From the NCBI GenBank assembly GCA_958405585.1, contig CATYEP010000001.1, forward strand, positions 1-45,026: 45,026 nt of DNA, written 5' to 3'. The notes beneath the pieces are model-generated. The model was not told the DNA's origin. It ran no database searches and saw only the letters and a list, made by a program, of their open reading frames with translations. Positions within the stretch are counted from its first letter, which is position 1; the number at the start of each line of letters is the position of its first letter. Positions 9,129 through 19,018 of this stretch are shown piece by piece. Both the position numbers and the translations under genes were made by a program. Origin of the DNA: an uncultured Eubacteriales bacterium. GTDB taxonomy: Bacteria; Bacillota; Clostridia; Christensenellales; Borkfalkiaceae.

Positions 9129-9800
9129 TCAGCGAAATTTTTCTATGCGGTTTTGCAAATAATAACTGTATGTACCCTCTTTGGTATAGATCACGCTTTC
9201 CCGCAAAAATACGCCATGCATTCGGCATACCTTTCCGATCCGCTCCAACGCAGCATCGTCTTCCTTCGAAGGAGTACAGTCCCCGCTCGGATGATTGTGC
9301 GCAACGATCAGACTTACAGGCTGTACTTCCGTCAGGATACAGCTCAATAAATTATCGTCTATATCTACTTTGGAACCGTCCGCACACGTAACGCTTTTGG
9401 TACAGATCAGCACGTTTTCAGAATTCGTCATGTATAAGTCCAGCCTTTCATAAGAAAGCCCTTCAAAACGACTCCCGATAAAATCCGCTACTTCCCCATA
9501 ATTGTAAAGCCGCGTAAACGTCTGTGCGCTATCGCTCACTCTCCGAAAGATATTCCCCAGCAGATACAACTGCTCCGCCGTCTTTTTGCCGATCCCCGAA
9601 ACAAGACTCAGCATGCGCGGCGTCGCATGAAATACTCCGTACATATCCCCGAAGCAGTCCAGCAACTGATGTGCGATCGGATTCGTATTCTTGCGCGTGA
9701 TGAAGTTATACAACAACGTTTCCAGCAACTCACAATCTGTAAACGACTCACCGTGTTCGTACAGCCGTCCATACATGCGTTCCCTGTGTCCTTCGTGCAT
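9129..9800 (-). CDS. radC: RadC-family JAB-domain protein
   Basis: MHEGHRERM...ELLETLL...NPIAHQLL; HhH-like GIGKKTA; AHNHPSGDCTPSKED. Confidence 0.9.
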   Translation of the reverse strand: MHEGHRERMYGRLYEHGESFTDCELLETLLYNFITRKNTNPIAHQLLDCFGDMYGVFHATPRMLSLVSGIGKKTAEQLYLLGNIFRRVSDSAQTFTRLYNYGEVADFIGSRFEGLSYERLDLYMTNSENVLICTKSVTCADGSKVDIDDNLLSCILTEVQPVSLIVAHNHPSGDCTPSKEDDAALERIGKVCRMHGVFLRESVIYTKEGTYSYYLQNRIEKFR

Positions 9801-10117
9801 TTTCCCGTTTTCACCCGTTTATTTTCTTTTATTTTAACACATTTACCCACGTTTGTACAGAGTTTTTATGTTTCCGCGGTGCGCATTTTTCCGTTTAGGA
9901 AAAAATGCGCACCGCTTTCTTCATTTTTCAGAAAAACTTGCATTCTTTTACAGAAAAAACTTTTCTGCGATCGACGGCGACTTTGCACCTTACTTTTGCA
10001 AGCGCTGCATTTTCGTCGTTTATGAAAGATCCGATACCAATCGTCAACGGATAGCGGGCGGTATCGGCGCTGCAAATGCGGAGCCGATGCCGAAAAATAA
10101 ACCGCTCTGAGCGGAAA

Positions 10118-10148
10118 TCGGGCGGAACGGCCAAGCCGTTCCGCCCGA
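10118..10148. terminator. hairpin after the M23 gene
   Basis: tcgggcggaacggc-caa-gccgttccgcccga. Confidence 0.6.
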
Positions 10149-10164
10149 AAGGAGGGAGAATGAT

Positions 10165-10830
10165 TTATTTTTCGTCGAGATCGAGATACGTTACGGGATC
10201 AATGCTTTCTCCGTTTTCAAAAACGCCGAAATGCAGGTGCGGGCCTTCATTGTATTCGTTGCCCATCGTATCGGCTTCGGCAGATACCGTCCCGATCACA
10301 TCGCCCTGGCTGACCGTATCGCCGACCTTAAGACTGGAAGACACGTCAATGGACGCATACTCTGTCTTGAGTCCGTTCCCGTGATCGATAACTACCTTTC
10401 CGCCTTCCAAAAGCGTATCGGTCACACTTTCGATCTTCCCTGCATACGCCGCCGTGACCTGCGTTCCAGCATCCGCTTTAAAATCGACACCCTGATGCAG
10501 ATTGTAACGGTTCAGCGTGGAGTTAAACCAGAAAGTATAAGTCGTTGCCACGGTGCCGTCGGAAACGGGCATGGAGAACACTACTTCGGTGCCACTGGGT
10601 TCGTCCGGTTCATCCGGTCCGTCCCCATCGTCATCTCCGTCATCGGGATCTTCCGGCTGTTCCAATCCCGGATCCAGCGGGTCATCCACAGGTGAACCCT
10701 GTGTTGCAAATACGACAGTCAGCACGATCGCCGCCGCCACGATCAGGGCACACGCCGATACGAGTACATAGTAAAGATTCCTGCGTTTGATTTTTACGGG
10801 CGACGATTCGCCCTGCTTCTTTTCTTGCAT
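10165..10830 (-). CDS. membrane-anchored M23/LytM peptidase, SpoIIQ-like
   Basis: single TM, acidic linker, HQGVD and GPHLHF zinc motifs; start placed at ATG 10830 behind a GGAGG RBS. Confidence 0.85.
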   Translation of the reverse strand: MQEKKQGESSPVKIKRRNLYYVLVSACALIVAAAIVLTVVFATQGSPVDDPLDPGLEQPEDPDDGDDDGDGPDEPDEPSGTEVVFSMPVSDGTVATTYTFWFNSTLNRYNLHQGVDFKADAGTQVTAAYAGKIESVTDTLLEGGKVVIDHGNGLKTEYASIDVSSSLKVGDTVSQGDVIGTVSAEADTMGNEYNEGPHLHFGVFENGESIDPVTYLDLDEK

Positions 10831-10930
10831 GATTGCCTCCGAAATAATTTTGATAGTTGAATTTTTGACTCTTTTCCGATCTTTATACATCGTTTGCAGA
10901 AAATTTCTGAAAAAATTTTTTTATTTTTTA

Positions 10931-11365
10931 TCAATATCCTCCGAAAATAAGAGGTGAACCGATATTGGCGGACGTTCCGCGCACCGCAATATGCAGATTG
11001 ATACGTTTTCCTTCCAAATCGACCCCGCCGCCCAAACACGGCGAATAATAATAGTAATCCGTTACATCCTGAACGGTGCGCACGATCATCAGCTCCGCGC
11101 GATACTTTTCCGCCTGTGCAAACGCGTCCTCCGCGCTTTCATACCGCGCGCTTTCGCCTGTCAGAGAAGCTATGCTCCATTTCACGGCAAGCGCTTCGGA
11201 TGCGTCTGCCAATATGATCTGCGCCTGCGAACTTTCACTCTGCGCATAAAAAGTATAGCTCTGCGCCCCGTCAAACAATAAACCTTTGTCCATAAGCTGC
11301 GGCACGGCCAGCAAAACCAGCGATAATGCCAGAGCCCCCATCACCGTAAACCATCTTCCCCGCAT
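10931..11365 (-). CDS. YwmB-like protein
   Basis: N-terminal hydrophobic segment; C-terminus YYYSPCL...RINLHIAV...IGSPLIFGGY resembles the YwmB family; AAGGAG RBS before ATG 11365; lies upstream of the spoIIQ-like gene. Confidence 0.6.
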   Translation of the reverse strand: MRGRWFTVMGALALSLVLLAVPQLMDKGLLFDGAQSYTFYAQSESSQAQIILADASEALAVKWSIASLTGESARYESAEDAFAQAEKYRAELMIVRTVQDVTDYYYYSPCLGGGVDLEGKRINLHIAVRGTSANIGSPLIFGGY

Positions 11366-11713
11366 TACACGATCTCCTTTTTCTCTGCAGAGCTCCATAT
11401 GATCCTCTGCCCTCATCCGTTTTTACGACTACCGCGCCCGATTTTCTTTTTGTTCCCGACGCAATTTTTTTACGGAAAAGTTATTGCCAGTTTTTTTCGT
11501 ATTATACATTTTCCGAACCTACGATTTTCGCATTAGCTGTTTTTTTCATAAAAACTGCCCGCAAACGATTTTTGTCGGCAGATTTTACGGCTTACATTGC
11601 CGCAGTCCGACAATGCAAACTATTTGCTCAAACTTTTCCGGATTTTGCAATGCAATCATTCATTCGGTGCAACGGGTGTTTGCATCCAATGAACTTTTGA
11701 TCTGTATGCAAAA

Positions 11714-11798
11714 AAGCCGCGGGAAGCAAAAATATTTGCTTCCCGCGGCTTATATTGTCTGCATTCAGATAAACGGAGGCAGACTTTGTCTGCCTCCG
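11714..11798. terminator. two hairpins downstream of tsaD
   Basis: aagccgcgggaagcaaa-N4-tttgcttcccgcggctt and cggaggcagac-ttt-gtctgcctccg. Confidence 0.6.
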
Positions 11799-11840
11799 CA
11801 AAAAATTTTTCTTCTTTTATATACAACTATATAAAACGGA

Positions 11841-12896
11841 TCATTGTTTTCCTTTTTTCCCGAGAGGGATATGCGCGCACGCGTTGACGGAAAGATCGGC
11901 AAAATCGTGTGCTCTGTAACGGATGAGTCCTTCCGACGCGATCATTGCCGCATTATCGGTGCAATATTTCTTTTCCGGCAATACTGCATGAAATCCGTTT
12001 TCCTCGCAAAGCCGGACAAGTTTCGCGCGCAGATAACCGTTGGCGATCACGCCGCCGCCTGCGGCGATGGTCTTGCACCCGTATTCTTTTGCCGCCGCAA
12101 CGGCACGCTCGGCAAGAACGTCGCAGGCCGCACACTGAAAAGATGCCGCCACATCCGCACGGTTGTATTCTTCCCCTTTCTGTTCTTTTGTATGACAATA
12201 ATTGATGACAGCCGTTTTGAGTCCGCTGTATGAAAAATCATACCCGTTTCCCTTGAACATTTTCGGAAATGCAATGCACGGCTTCCCCTGCGCCGCAAGT
12301 TTTTCAATGTTCGGCCCGCCTGGATACGGAAGTCCCAATACGCGCGCCGCCTTGTCAAACGCTTCTCCCGCGGCATCGTCGCGCGTCGAACCGAGGATCT
12401 CAAAATCGGTAAAACTTTTTGTATATAAAACAGCCGTATGCCCGCCGCTTGCAAGCAGCGTGATAAAGGGCGGCTCCAGCAAAGGATCCGTCAGATACGC
12501 CGCCGCCATATGCCCGCGGATATGATTGACCGCCAGAAGCGGTATGTCCAGCGAATACGCAAACGATTTTGCAAACGACAAACCAACCAGCAGAGCACCC
12601 AAAAGCCCCGCGCCGTATGTGACGGCAACCGCATCCAGGTCTTCTTTCTTGACGTTTGCTTCTTCCAGCGCCGAATGTACGGCGGTGCTGATCGCATCCG
12701 TATGCGCGCGCGAAGCGATTTCCGGCACGACGCCGCCGTACTTTGCCTGCTCCGCCGCCGAAGATAAAATCACGCTGGACAAAAGTTGCCTGCCGCGCAC
12801 CACGGCGGCAGCTGTTTCGTCACACGAACTCTCTATACCGAGCAGCAACGGCTCTTCTTTCATATTTAATTCGGAAAAACGCGCTCTGTAATCCAT
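11841..12896 (-). CDS. tsaD: tRNA N6-adenosine threonylcarbamoyltransferase
   Basis: LGIESSCDETAAA, GGVVPEIASRAH, NHIRGH, SGGHT, DDAAGEAFDK, CTDNAAMI; start chosen at MDYRARF. Confidence 0.96.
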   Translation of the reverse strand: MDYRARFSELNMKEEPLLLGIESSCDETAAAVVRGRQLLSSVILSSAAEQAKYGGVVPEIASRAHTDAISTAVHSALEEANVKKEDLDAVAVTYGAGLLGALLVGLSFAKSFAYSLDIPLLAVNHIRGHMAAAYLTDPLLEPPFITLLASGGHTAVLYTKSFTDFEILGSTRDDAAGEAFDKAARVLGLPYPGGPNIEKLAAQGKPCIAFPKMFKGNGYDFSYSGLKTAVINYCHTKEQKGEEYNRADVAASFQCAACDVLAERAVAAAKEYGCKTIAAGGGVIANGYLRAKLVRLCEENGFHAVLPEKKYCTDNAAMIASEGLIRYRAHDFADLSVNACAHIPLGKKGKQ

Positions 12897-13030
12897 AAAC
12901 ACCCTTCTTTTCTTTTCCGCACATATGTGTGTGCGTTCATACGATTTGTTTACACCCTGCAAGCAGCACTTATCCGCTTCCTATGCATCCTCTCGCATAT
13001 ATTTTACCGTAAATTCAGGATAACGTATAC

Positions 13031-13678
13031 TTATTTTCCCGACAATTTTTCTTTTTTCGGGAATCTGTTTTTGGGCAGGCGATCATAAACCGTCACCCTG
13101 TCACTGTCTTGAAAAATTTCATCAAAGGCCGGCTTATACAGAGCCGCAATCGCTTCGGAAATATACACCTTTCCGGAAAAACCAGATTTGAAGAATTCTT
13201 CCAGAAAACCGAAATCCAGCACCGCGTCGGTAATCTTTTCCTTGCGGAACGTGATCCCTGTTGCCGTTCGCGTATCGCACACATCCAGTTCGTTTTCATC
13301 CACCGAACGCAAAAATACCATCGCGGGAATATACACTTCCCCGCTTTCCGTCGTAAATTTTGCAGGCAAAAAACCTTTGCCGCGGCGGTACTCGTCGTAA
13401 ATACACACCACGACAGCCCCGATCTTGTCAACATGCACTTTGCAAGGCAATCCCGCCTTCCTATAATGCAGGACATCCTCGCTTATCCCGTACTTTTCAA
13501 ACAACACAAACTGCGGCAGCACCGCCAGTAAAACGCCGAATACCATGCAAACCACGGCAAGCGCCAAAATTTCCGTCCAGAATATTGCAAGAATACCCAA
13601 TACCACAAAAATGCATCCCAGAACCAGAAAGAAAATACTGTTCGGTTTTCTGCGGTACGTCTTAAAATACTTTTTCAT
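13031..13678 (-). CDS. hypothetical membrane protein (two N-terminal TM helices)
   Basis: long ORF; AAGGAA RBS before MKKYFK; two hydrophobic helices then a soluble domain. Confidence 0.7.
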   Translation of the reverse strand: MKKYFKTYRRKPNSIFFLVLGCIFVVLGILAIFWTEILALAVVCMVFGVLLAVLPQFVLFEKYGISEDVLHYRKAGLPCKVHVDKIGAVVVCIYDEYRRGKGFLPAKFTTESGEVYIPAMVFLRSVDENELDVCDTRTATGITFRKEKITDAVLDFGFLEEFFKSGFSGKVYISEAIAALYKPAFDEIFQDSDRVTVYDRLPKNRFPKKEKLSGK

Positions 13679-13953
13679 CTTCCTTTTCTCCAAGACAAAA
13701 TTTTCAGCAAAAGCTGAGCGCCGTCCAAACCTATGCCGAACGTTCCAATCCCGATCATCCTTGCAGTTTAAAAGTTTTCCAACATTTTTATGCCGTCGCT
13801 GCGCCATTTAAAAAGCTGTTCCAGCCTCTTTAAAACGAAAAGGGCGTTCCCGCCCTTTTTCTTTTCACAGCTTCCCTCGGCTTATTTTCAAGAAATTTGC
13901 CGCCGTTTATACTGAGTTTTAAAAATATCACACACAAACGTTAGCAGAAAACA

Positions 13954-15051
13954 TCAGCTCTTTTTCAGATAATCGATGATGAAGGGCTGAATATCTCCGT
14001 CCATGACCGCCTGAATATTGCCCGTTTCATAACCCGTACGGTGATCTTTGACCAGCGTATACGGGCAGAAAACATAGCTTCGGATCTGGCTGCCCCACTC
14101 GATCTTTTTGATCTCCCCCTTGATGCTCTGTTCGTTGGCAATGCGCTCACTCTCTTTCAGTTCGATGAGTTTGCTGCGAAGCATCTTCATCGCCATTTCG
14201 CGGTTCTGGATCTGCGAACGCTCGTTCTGACAAGATACCACGATACCCGTCGGAATGTGCTGGATGCGGATTGCCGACTCCGTCTTGTTGATGTGCTGTC
14301 CGCCCGCACCCGAAGAACGGAATGTGGTGACTTTCAGATCTTCACTGCGGATCTCCACATCCCCGTCGTCGTCGATCTCCGGCATTACTTCCAGCGAAGC
14401 AAAGGACGTATGCCTGCGCTTGTTTGCGTCAAACGGAGATATGCGCACCAGCCTGTGCACGCCCTTTTCCGCTTTCAGATACCCGTACGCATTTTCACCT
14501 TCGATCTTGAAATCTACGCTCTTGATCCCCGCTTCATCGCCGTCGAGACGATCCAGTTCCGTTACCTTGAATCCGTTGCGCTCCGCATAACGCGTATACA
14601 TGCGGTACAGCATGGAAACCCAATCGCAGCTCTCCGTGCCGCCCGCTCCCGAATGAAGCGTCAAAAGAGCATTGTTTGCATCATATTTTCCACGCAAAAG
14701 CGTGCGGATACGCATTTCTTCCAGATCTTCTTCCACCGTATGAAGAAGAGAGTCCAACTCGGGAACAAGCTCTTCTTCCTCCGTCTCTTCGATCAGATCT
14801 ATGACCGAATCCACCTCTTCCAACGCCTTTTTCCCTTTTTCATAGGCGTTGATCTTGCTCTCCACCGAAGAAATTTCCCTGCCCAGTTTGGTGGATTTTT
14901 CAAGATCCTGCCAAACTTCCGGTTTCTCCTGCTCCGCTTTCAGTTCGGCAAGCTTTTTCACAAGTATATCGATATCCAGCGCCTCTTTCGTCTCCTGCAA
15001 TGTATCCGAAAGCGCTTTCGCACGCAATCTGTAATCGTCCGCTTTAAACAT
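13954..15051 (-). CDS. prfB: peptide chain release factor 2, encoded in a single frame
   Basis: SPF motif (RISPFD), GGQ motif, WGSQIRSY; ATG 15051 behind GAGG (alternative GTG at 15057). Confidence 0.97.
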   Translation of the reverse strand: MFKADDYRLRAKALSDTLQETKEALDIDILVKKLAELKAEQEKPEVWQDLEKSTKLGREISSVESKINAYEKGKKALEEVDSVIDLIEETEEEELVPELDSLLHTVEEDLEEMRIRTLLRGKYDANNALLTLHSGAGGTESCDWVSMLYRMYTRYAERNGFKVTELDRLDGDEAGIKSVDFKIEGENAYGYLKAEKGVHRLVRISPFDANKRRHTSFASLEVMPEIDDDGDVEIRSEDLKVTTFRSSGAGGQHINKTESAIRIQHIPTGIVVSCQNERSQIQNREMAMKMLRSKLIELKESERIANEQSIKGEIKKIEWGSQIRSYVFCPYTLVKDHRTGYETGNIQAVMDGDIQPFIIDYLKKS

Positions 15052-15076
15052 ATACACCTCTTCCTTTATCTTGTCG

Positions 15077-15106
15077 ATTATACCATATATCGGAAGAATT
15101 TGTCAA
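15077..15106 (-). promoter_or_regulatory. sigma-A-type promoter of prfB
   Basis: minus strand TTGACA-18-TATAAT with extended TG. Confidence 0.75.
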
Positions 15107-15239
15107 TCATTGTCGCCTTGCGCCTGCTTTTCTGACCCCGAAAGATAAGAAATCCCGTCGAAAAGCTCTCCGCAATCGAAATGTCACAATGTGTTTCGCC
15201 TCCCACTCGGCCGATATACCGAAAAATACCGCCGATCGA

Positions 15240-15277
15240 AAAGCCGCCGCAGCGGGCAAGCCCGCTGCGGCGGCTTT
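15240..15277. terminator. hairpin terminator after the PH-domain gene
   Basis: aaagccgccgcagcgggc-aa-gcccgctgcggcggcttt. Confidence 0.7.
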
Positions 15278-15352
15278 CTTCATTCGATCTGAAAGAATCC
15301 CACGGCTTTACGCATATCCGCATGCCTTTAAATTCCGACAGCCACGTAAAAG

Positions 15353-15994
15353 TCACTCTTTGGTGTATCCTGTCCGAAAACCTCGATTGGTCTTGGGACG
15401 AAGATCGTTCGGGAAATATGTATCCGTTTTAAGGTCGAGCACGATCTCCTGCAGTTTATTTACAATAAAATAACAGTTTTCAAGATCGTAAAGCACGGCC
15501 GCACTCTCTTTCCCCTTGATATAAATATCGCCGACTTTACAAATTCTGTCTATCAATCCGACTTTCAGGTTCACAGACGTGATATCGGCATAGTAGATGT
15601 TTTTAAAATCAATGCCGACAATTCCCGATTTGACAACGATCCGTTTATCGGTAAACGCATATTCCAGATTCTTGTGCTGTCGGTTCGCTGTAACCACGTG
15701 CGAAATCCAGATCCACACCGGCAACAGGTGAAAAAGAAAAAACACGCACATACCGATAATGACCGGAGTGGGAAGCTCCGGCCCCATCATACATAAAACC
15801 GTTATAAATCCGCCGTCAAACAGGAGCCAGATCAAAGCGATCGGAAGCATTTTCAGAATTTTGTTGAGAATAAACGCCGATTTTTTCGGCTTTCCGCGCC
15901 ATAAGACCTGCTCCCCTTCCGCCAGAATGCAATCGATCTCCCGATAATCTTTGCTTTCGTCAATTTTGAAAAAATTTTCATTCAGTCCGGACAT
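15353..15994 (-). CDS. membrane protein with bacterial PH domain (bPH_2-like)
   Basis: LAEGEQVLWRGKP, two TM helices, YAFTDKRIVVKSG...ITSVNLKVGLIDRICKVGDI. Confidence 0.85.
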   Translation of the reverse strand: MSGLNENFFKIDESKDYREIDCILAEGEQVLWRGKPKKSAFILNKILKMLPIALIWLLFDGGFITVLCMMGPELPTPVIIGMCVFFLFHLLPVWIWISHVVTANRQHKNLEYAFTDKRIVVKSGIVGIDFKNIYYADITSVNLKVGLIDRICKVGDIYIKGKESAAVLYDLENCYFIVNKLQEIVLDLKTDTYFPNDLRPKTNRGFRTGYTKE

Positions 15995-16059
15995 ATCTTG
16001 AATCCTTTTAAATTATTCCTTTGGCATTTCTAATGCAAGCATTCATAAAACACAAAAAA

Positions 16060-16088
16060 ATTTTATCACTAATCTTTCCGAATGTCAA
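16060..16088 (-). promoter_or_regulatory. sigma-A-type promoter of the PH-domain gene
   Basis: minus strand TTGACA-17-TAAAAT with extended TG. Confidence 0.7.
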
Positions 16089-16097
16089 TAACATTTT

Positions 16098-16130
16098 TAA
16101 AAAGCGCCCCCCCACGGGGAGCGCTTTTTA
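16098..16130 (-). terminator. intrinsic terminator after secA
   Basis: taaaaagcgccccc...gggagcgcttttta. Confidence 0.7.
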
Positions 16131-16147
16131 CAGAACGTGATCTGTCT

Positions 16148-19018
16148 TTATACATTTTTACCGCAGCAATTCTTGTATTTTTTGCCGCTGCCGCAGGGGC
16201 AAGGATCGTTGCGCCCCGGAGTCTTTTGCGTATGCATGGCAGGTTTGGAAGCACCTTCGGGCGAATTTGTCGTGAGCTGCTGATTTTCCGTAACGGCTTT
16301 GGGTGCCTCGATAGGCTGAACCATCGGGCGGCTGACTTCTATGCGGACTTTCAAAAGCATGGCGATCGTATTGCTGCGGATGCGTTCGGTCATCTCGTCA
16401 AACATCTCGTAGCCTTCCTGCTTATAGGAGATAACGGGGTCGACGTTCCCGTACGCGCGCAGACCGATACCTTTGCGCAACTGATCCATTGCGTCGATCT
16501 GATCGATCCAGTTTCTGTCCACGTTCATCAAAAGGAATCTGCGCTCGACGTCCGAATAATCGATACCGAGTTCTTCCTTCACTTCGACGATCTTCTGTTC
16601 ATACGCCTTTTCGGTTGCTTTTGTTATCTTATCAAGCGCCGTATCTACGTCCCAACGATTGAGTTTTTCCTGGGTAATGAAGTCGCTCCCTTCAGGAAGC
16701 AAGCGGTTTTCCAGAGCACGGTTGAGTACGGCAGCATCCCATTTTTCGGGCATTTCGTCGATGTTGACCGCTTCGGATACGACTTTGCGCACGAAATCGG
16801 GGATAAATTTGACGACCTGTCCGTGAACATCTTCGCCTTTGAGAACTTTCATGCGTTCCGCATACATAACTTCACGCTGTTTGTTCATGACGTCGTCATA
16901 CTGCAAGACGTTTTTACGGATACCGAAGTTCCTGCCCTCGATCGCCTTCTGCGCATTTTCAATACCGCGCGAAAGCATGCGCGACTGCAAACAGGTATCT
17001 TCGTCCTTACAGAACACACTGTAAATCTTTTTCAGGCGGTCGCCGCCGAAACGTTTGATGAGATCGTCTTCCAGTGAGATGAAGAAAATGGATTCACCAG
17101 GGTCGCCCTGACGTCCGCTACGTCCGCGCAGCTGGTTGTCGATACGTCTGGATTCATGACGCTCGGTACCCAGAATACACAGACCGCCCGCCTTGACCAC
17201 ATCTACTTTTTCCGCGTCCGTTTCCGCCTTGTACTTCGCATACAGTTCATCGTACATGGCGCGGTACTTTTTACGCTGTTCTTCTGCTTCGCCTTCCAAT
17301 TCCGCATACGACGTCGCAAGCTCGATCATTTCATGCTCCACGCCTTCCTCGCGCATGCGCTTTTTAGCAAGGTATTCGGGGTTGCCGCCGAGCAGGATAT
17401 CCGTACCACGGCCTGCCATGTTCGTTGCGATCGTTACCGCGCCCAAACGTCCGGCCTGCGCCACGATTTCCGCTTCACGTTCATGGTTTTTCGCATTCAG
17501 AATGTTATGTTTAATGCCGTTTTTACGCAGCATCTTCGCGATCTCTTCACTCTTTTCGACCGTCGCCGTACCGATCAGGATAGGCTGACCTTTTTCATGC
17601 CGATCGGTGATCTCTTTTAAAAGCGCACGCTTCTTTCCGTCCACCGTGGAATAAACCGCATCCGGCATATCCTTACGAACCACGGGACGGTTGGTCGGAA
17701 TCTCCAGAACGTCCAGCGAATAAATAGTGCGGAATTCGCCTTCTTCCGTTTTCGCCGTACCGGTCATGCCCGACAGTTTTTTGTAAAGACGGAAGAAATT
17801 CTGGAACGTGATCGTCGCATACGTCTTGTTCTCGTTGCGGACTTTTACACCTTCCTTTGCTTCGATCGCCTGATGCAGGCCGTCCGAATAGCGGCGCCCG
17901 ATCATCAGTCGGCCGGTAAACTCATCGACAATGATAACTTCGTCATCGTTCACGATGTAATCTTCGTCGCGATGGAACAGCTTGTGCGCTTTGAGCGCCT
18001 GCTGGATATGATGGTTGAGCGACGCATTCTCGATGTCGCCCAGGTTTTCGATATTGAAGAAGCGTTCCGCTTTCGCCGCGCCCTTTTCCGTGATCTGCAC
18101 GGTGCGGTCTTTACGGTCGATCACATAGTCCCAGTCGCCGTACTTCGCACCTTTGGCAATGTCGTCGTAATCGCCGTACTTGGATTCCTCTTCCGGCTCT
18201 TCCTCTTCTTCGGCTGCCTTTTTGCGCTTCTTTTTGGAGTCCTTGTCCTCCTCACCCTGCGCACCCTCGTCGTCGAAACCGCCTTCGAGCGTACGCACGA
18301 ATTTATCTACGCGCTCATACAATTCGCTGGATTTGTCGCCTTTACCCGAAATAATGAGCGGTGTTCTCGCTTCATCGATGAGGATGGAGTCCACTTCGTC
18401 GACGATCGCGAAATCCAGATCGCGCTGTACCATGCGTTTAAGATCCGTTTTCAGATTATCGCGCAGATAATCGAATCCGAGTTCGTTGTTGGTCGCATAG
18501 GTGATGTCGCAGTTGTATGCGACCTGCTTCTGCGCGTCGTCCATGCCCGGCACGACAACGCCGACCGTAAGACCTAAGAACTTATGAACTTTTCCCATCC
18601 ATTCCGCGTCACGCTTTGCCAGATAATCATTGACCGTTACGATATGCACGCCCTTGCCGGCCAATGCGTTGAGATAGGCAGGAAGCGTCGCGACCAGCGT
18701 TTTACCTTCACCTGTCTTCATTTCTGCGATACGGCCCTGGTGCAGGCAGATACCGCCGATGATCTGGACATGATAATGTTTGAGTTTGAGAACGCGCCAT
18801 GCCGCTTCGCGCACGACCGCAAACGCATCGTACAGGATATCGTCCAGCGTTTCGCCCGCTTTGAGGCGGTCTTTGAGCAAATTCGTCTGGCCACGGAGTT
18901 CTGAATCAGACATCGCCGCATACTTTTGTTCAAGCGCTTCGACGCGGCTCGCCATTTTATCCAGTTTTTTCAGACTGCGACGCCCGTCGCTGTTGAACAT
19001 ATAGTTTATAAGTCCCAT
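16148..19018 (-). CDS. secA: preprotein translocase ATPase SecA
   Basis: EMKTGEGKT, IVDEVDSILIDEARTPLIISG, TNMAGRGTDI, QLRGRSGRQGDPG, C-terminal GRNDPCPCGSGKKYKNCC. Confidence 0.98.
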   Translation of the reverse strand: MGLINYMFNSDGRRSLKKLDKMASRVEALEQKYAAMSDSELRGQTNLLKDRLKAGETLDDILYDAFAVVREAAWRVLKLKHYHVQIIGGICLHQGRIAEMKTGEGKTLVATLPAYLNALAGKGVHIVTVNDYLAKRDAEWMGKVHKFLGLTVGVVVPGMDDAQKQVAYNCDITYATNNELGFDYLRDNLKTDLKRMVQRDLDFAIVDEVDSILIDEARTPLIISGKGDKSSELYERVDKFVRTLEGGFDDEGAQGEEDKDSKKKRKKAAEEEEEPEEESKYGDYDDIAKGAKYGDWDYVIDRKDRTVQITEKGAAKAERFFNIENLGDIENASLNHHIQQALKAHKLFHRDEDYIVNDDEVIIVDEFTGRLMIGRRYSDGLHQAIEAKEGVKVRNENKTYATITFQNFFRLYKKLSGMTGTAKTEEGEFRTIYSLDVLEIPTNRPVVRKDMPDAVYSTVDGKKRALLKEITDRHEKGQPILIGTATVEKSEEIAKMLRKNGIKHNILNAKNHEREAEIVAQAGRLGAVTIATNMAGRGTDILLGGNPEYLAKKRMREEGVEHEMIELATSYAELEGEAEEQRKKYRAMYDELYAKYKAETDAEKVDVVKAGGLCILGTERHESRRIDNQLRGRSGRQGDPGESIFFISLEDDLIKRFGGDRLKKIYSVFCKDEDTCLQSRMLSRGIENAQKAIEGRNFGIRKNVLQYDDVMNKQREVMYAERMKVLKGEDVHGQVVKFIPDFVRKVVSEAVNIDEMPEKWDAAVLNRALENRLLPEGSDFITQEKLNRWDVDTALDKITKATEKAYEQKIVEVKEELGIDYSDVERRFLLMNVDRNWIDQIDAMDQLRKGIGLRAYGNVDPVISYKQEGYEMFDEMTERIRSNTIAMLLKVRIEVSRPMVQPIEAPKAVTENQQLTTNSPEGASKPAMHTQKTPGRNDPCPCGSGKKYKNCCGKNV

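Noticed and set aside
3451..15237. Similar short strings atataccgaaaa(a)tac..cgccgatc at about 3452 and 15214
   Set aside because: Short, gapped and low in complexity; cannot be separated from chance without a genome-wide count.
18135..18288. Intein in SecA
   Set aside because: Too short, with no N-terminal Cys/Ser and no C-terminal His-Asn motif.
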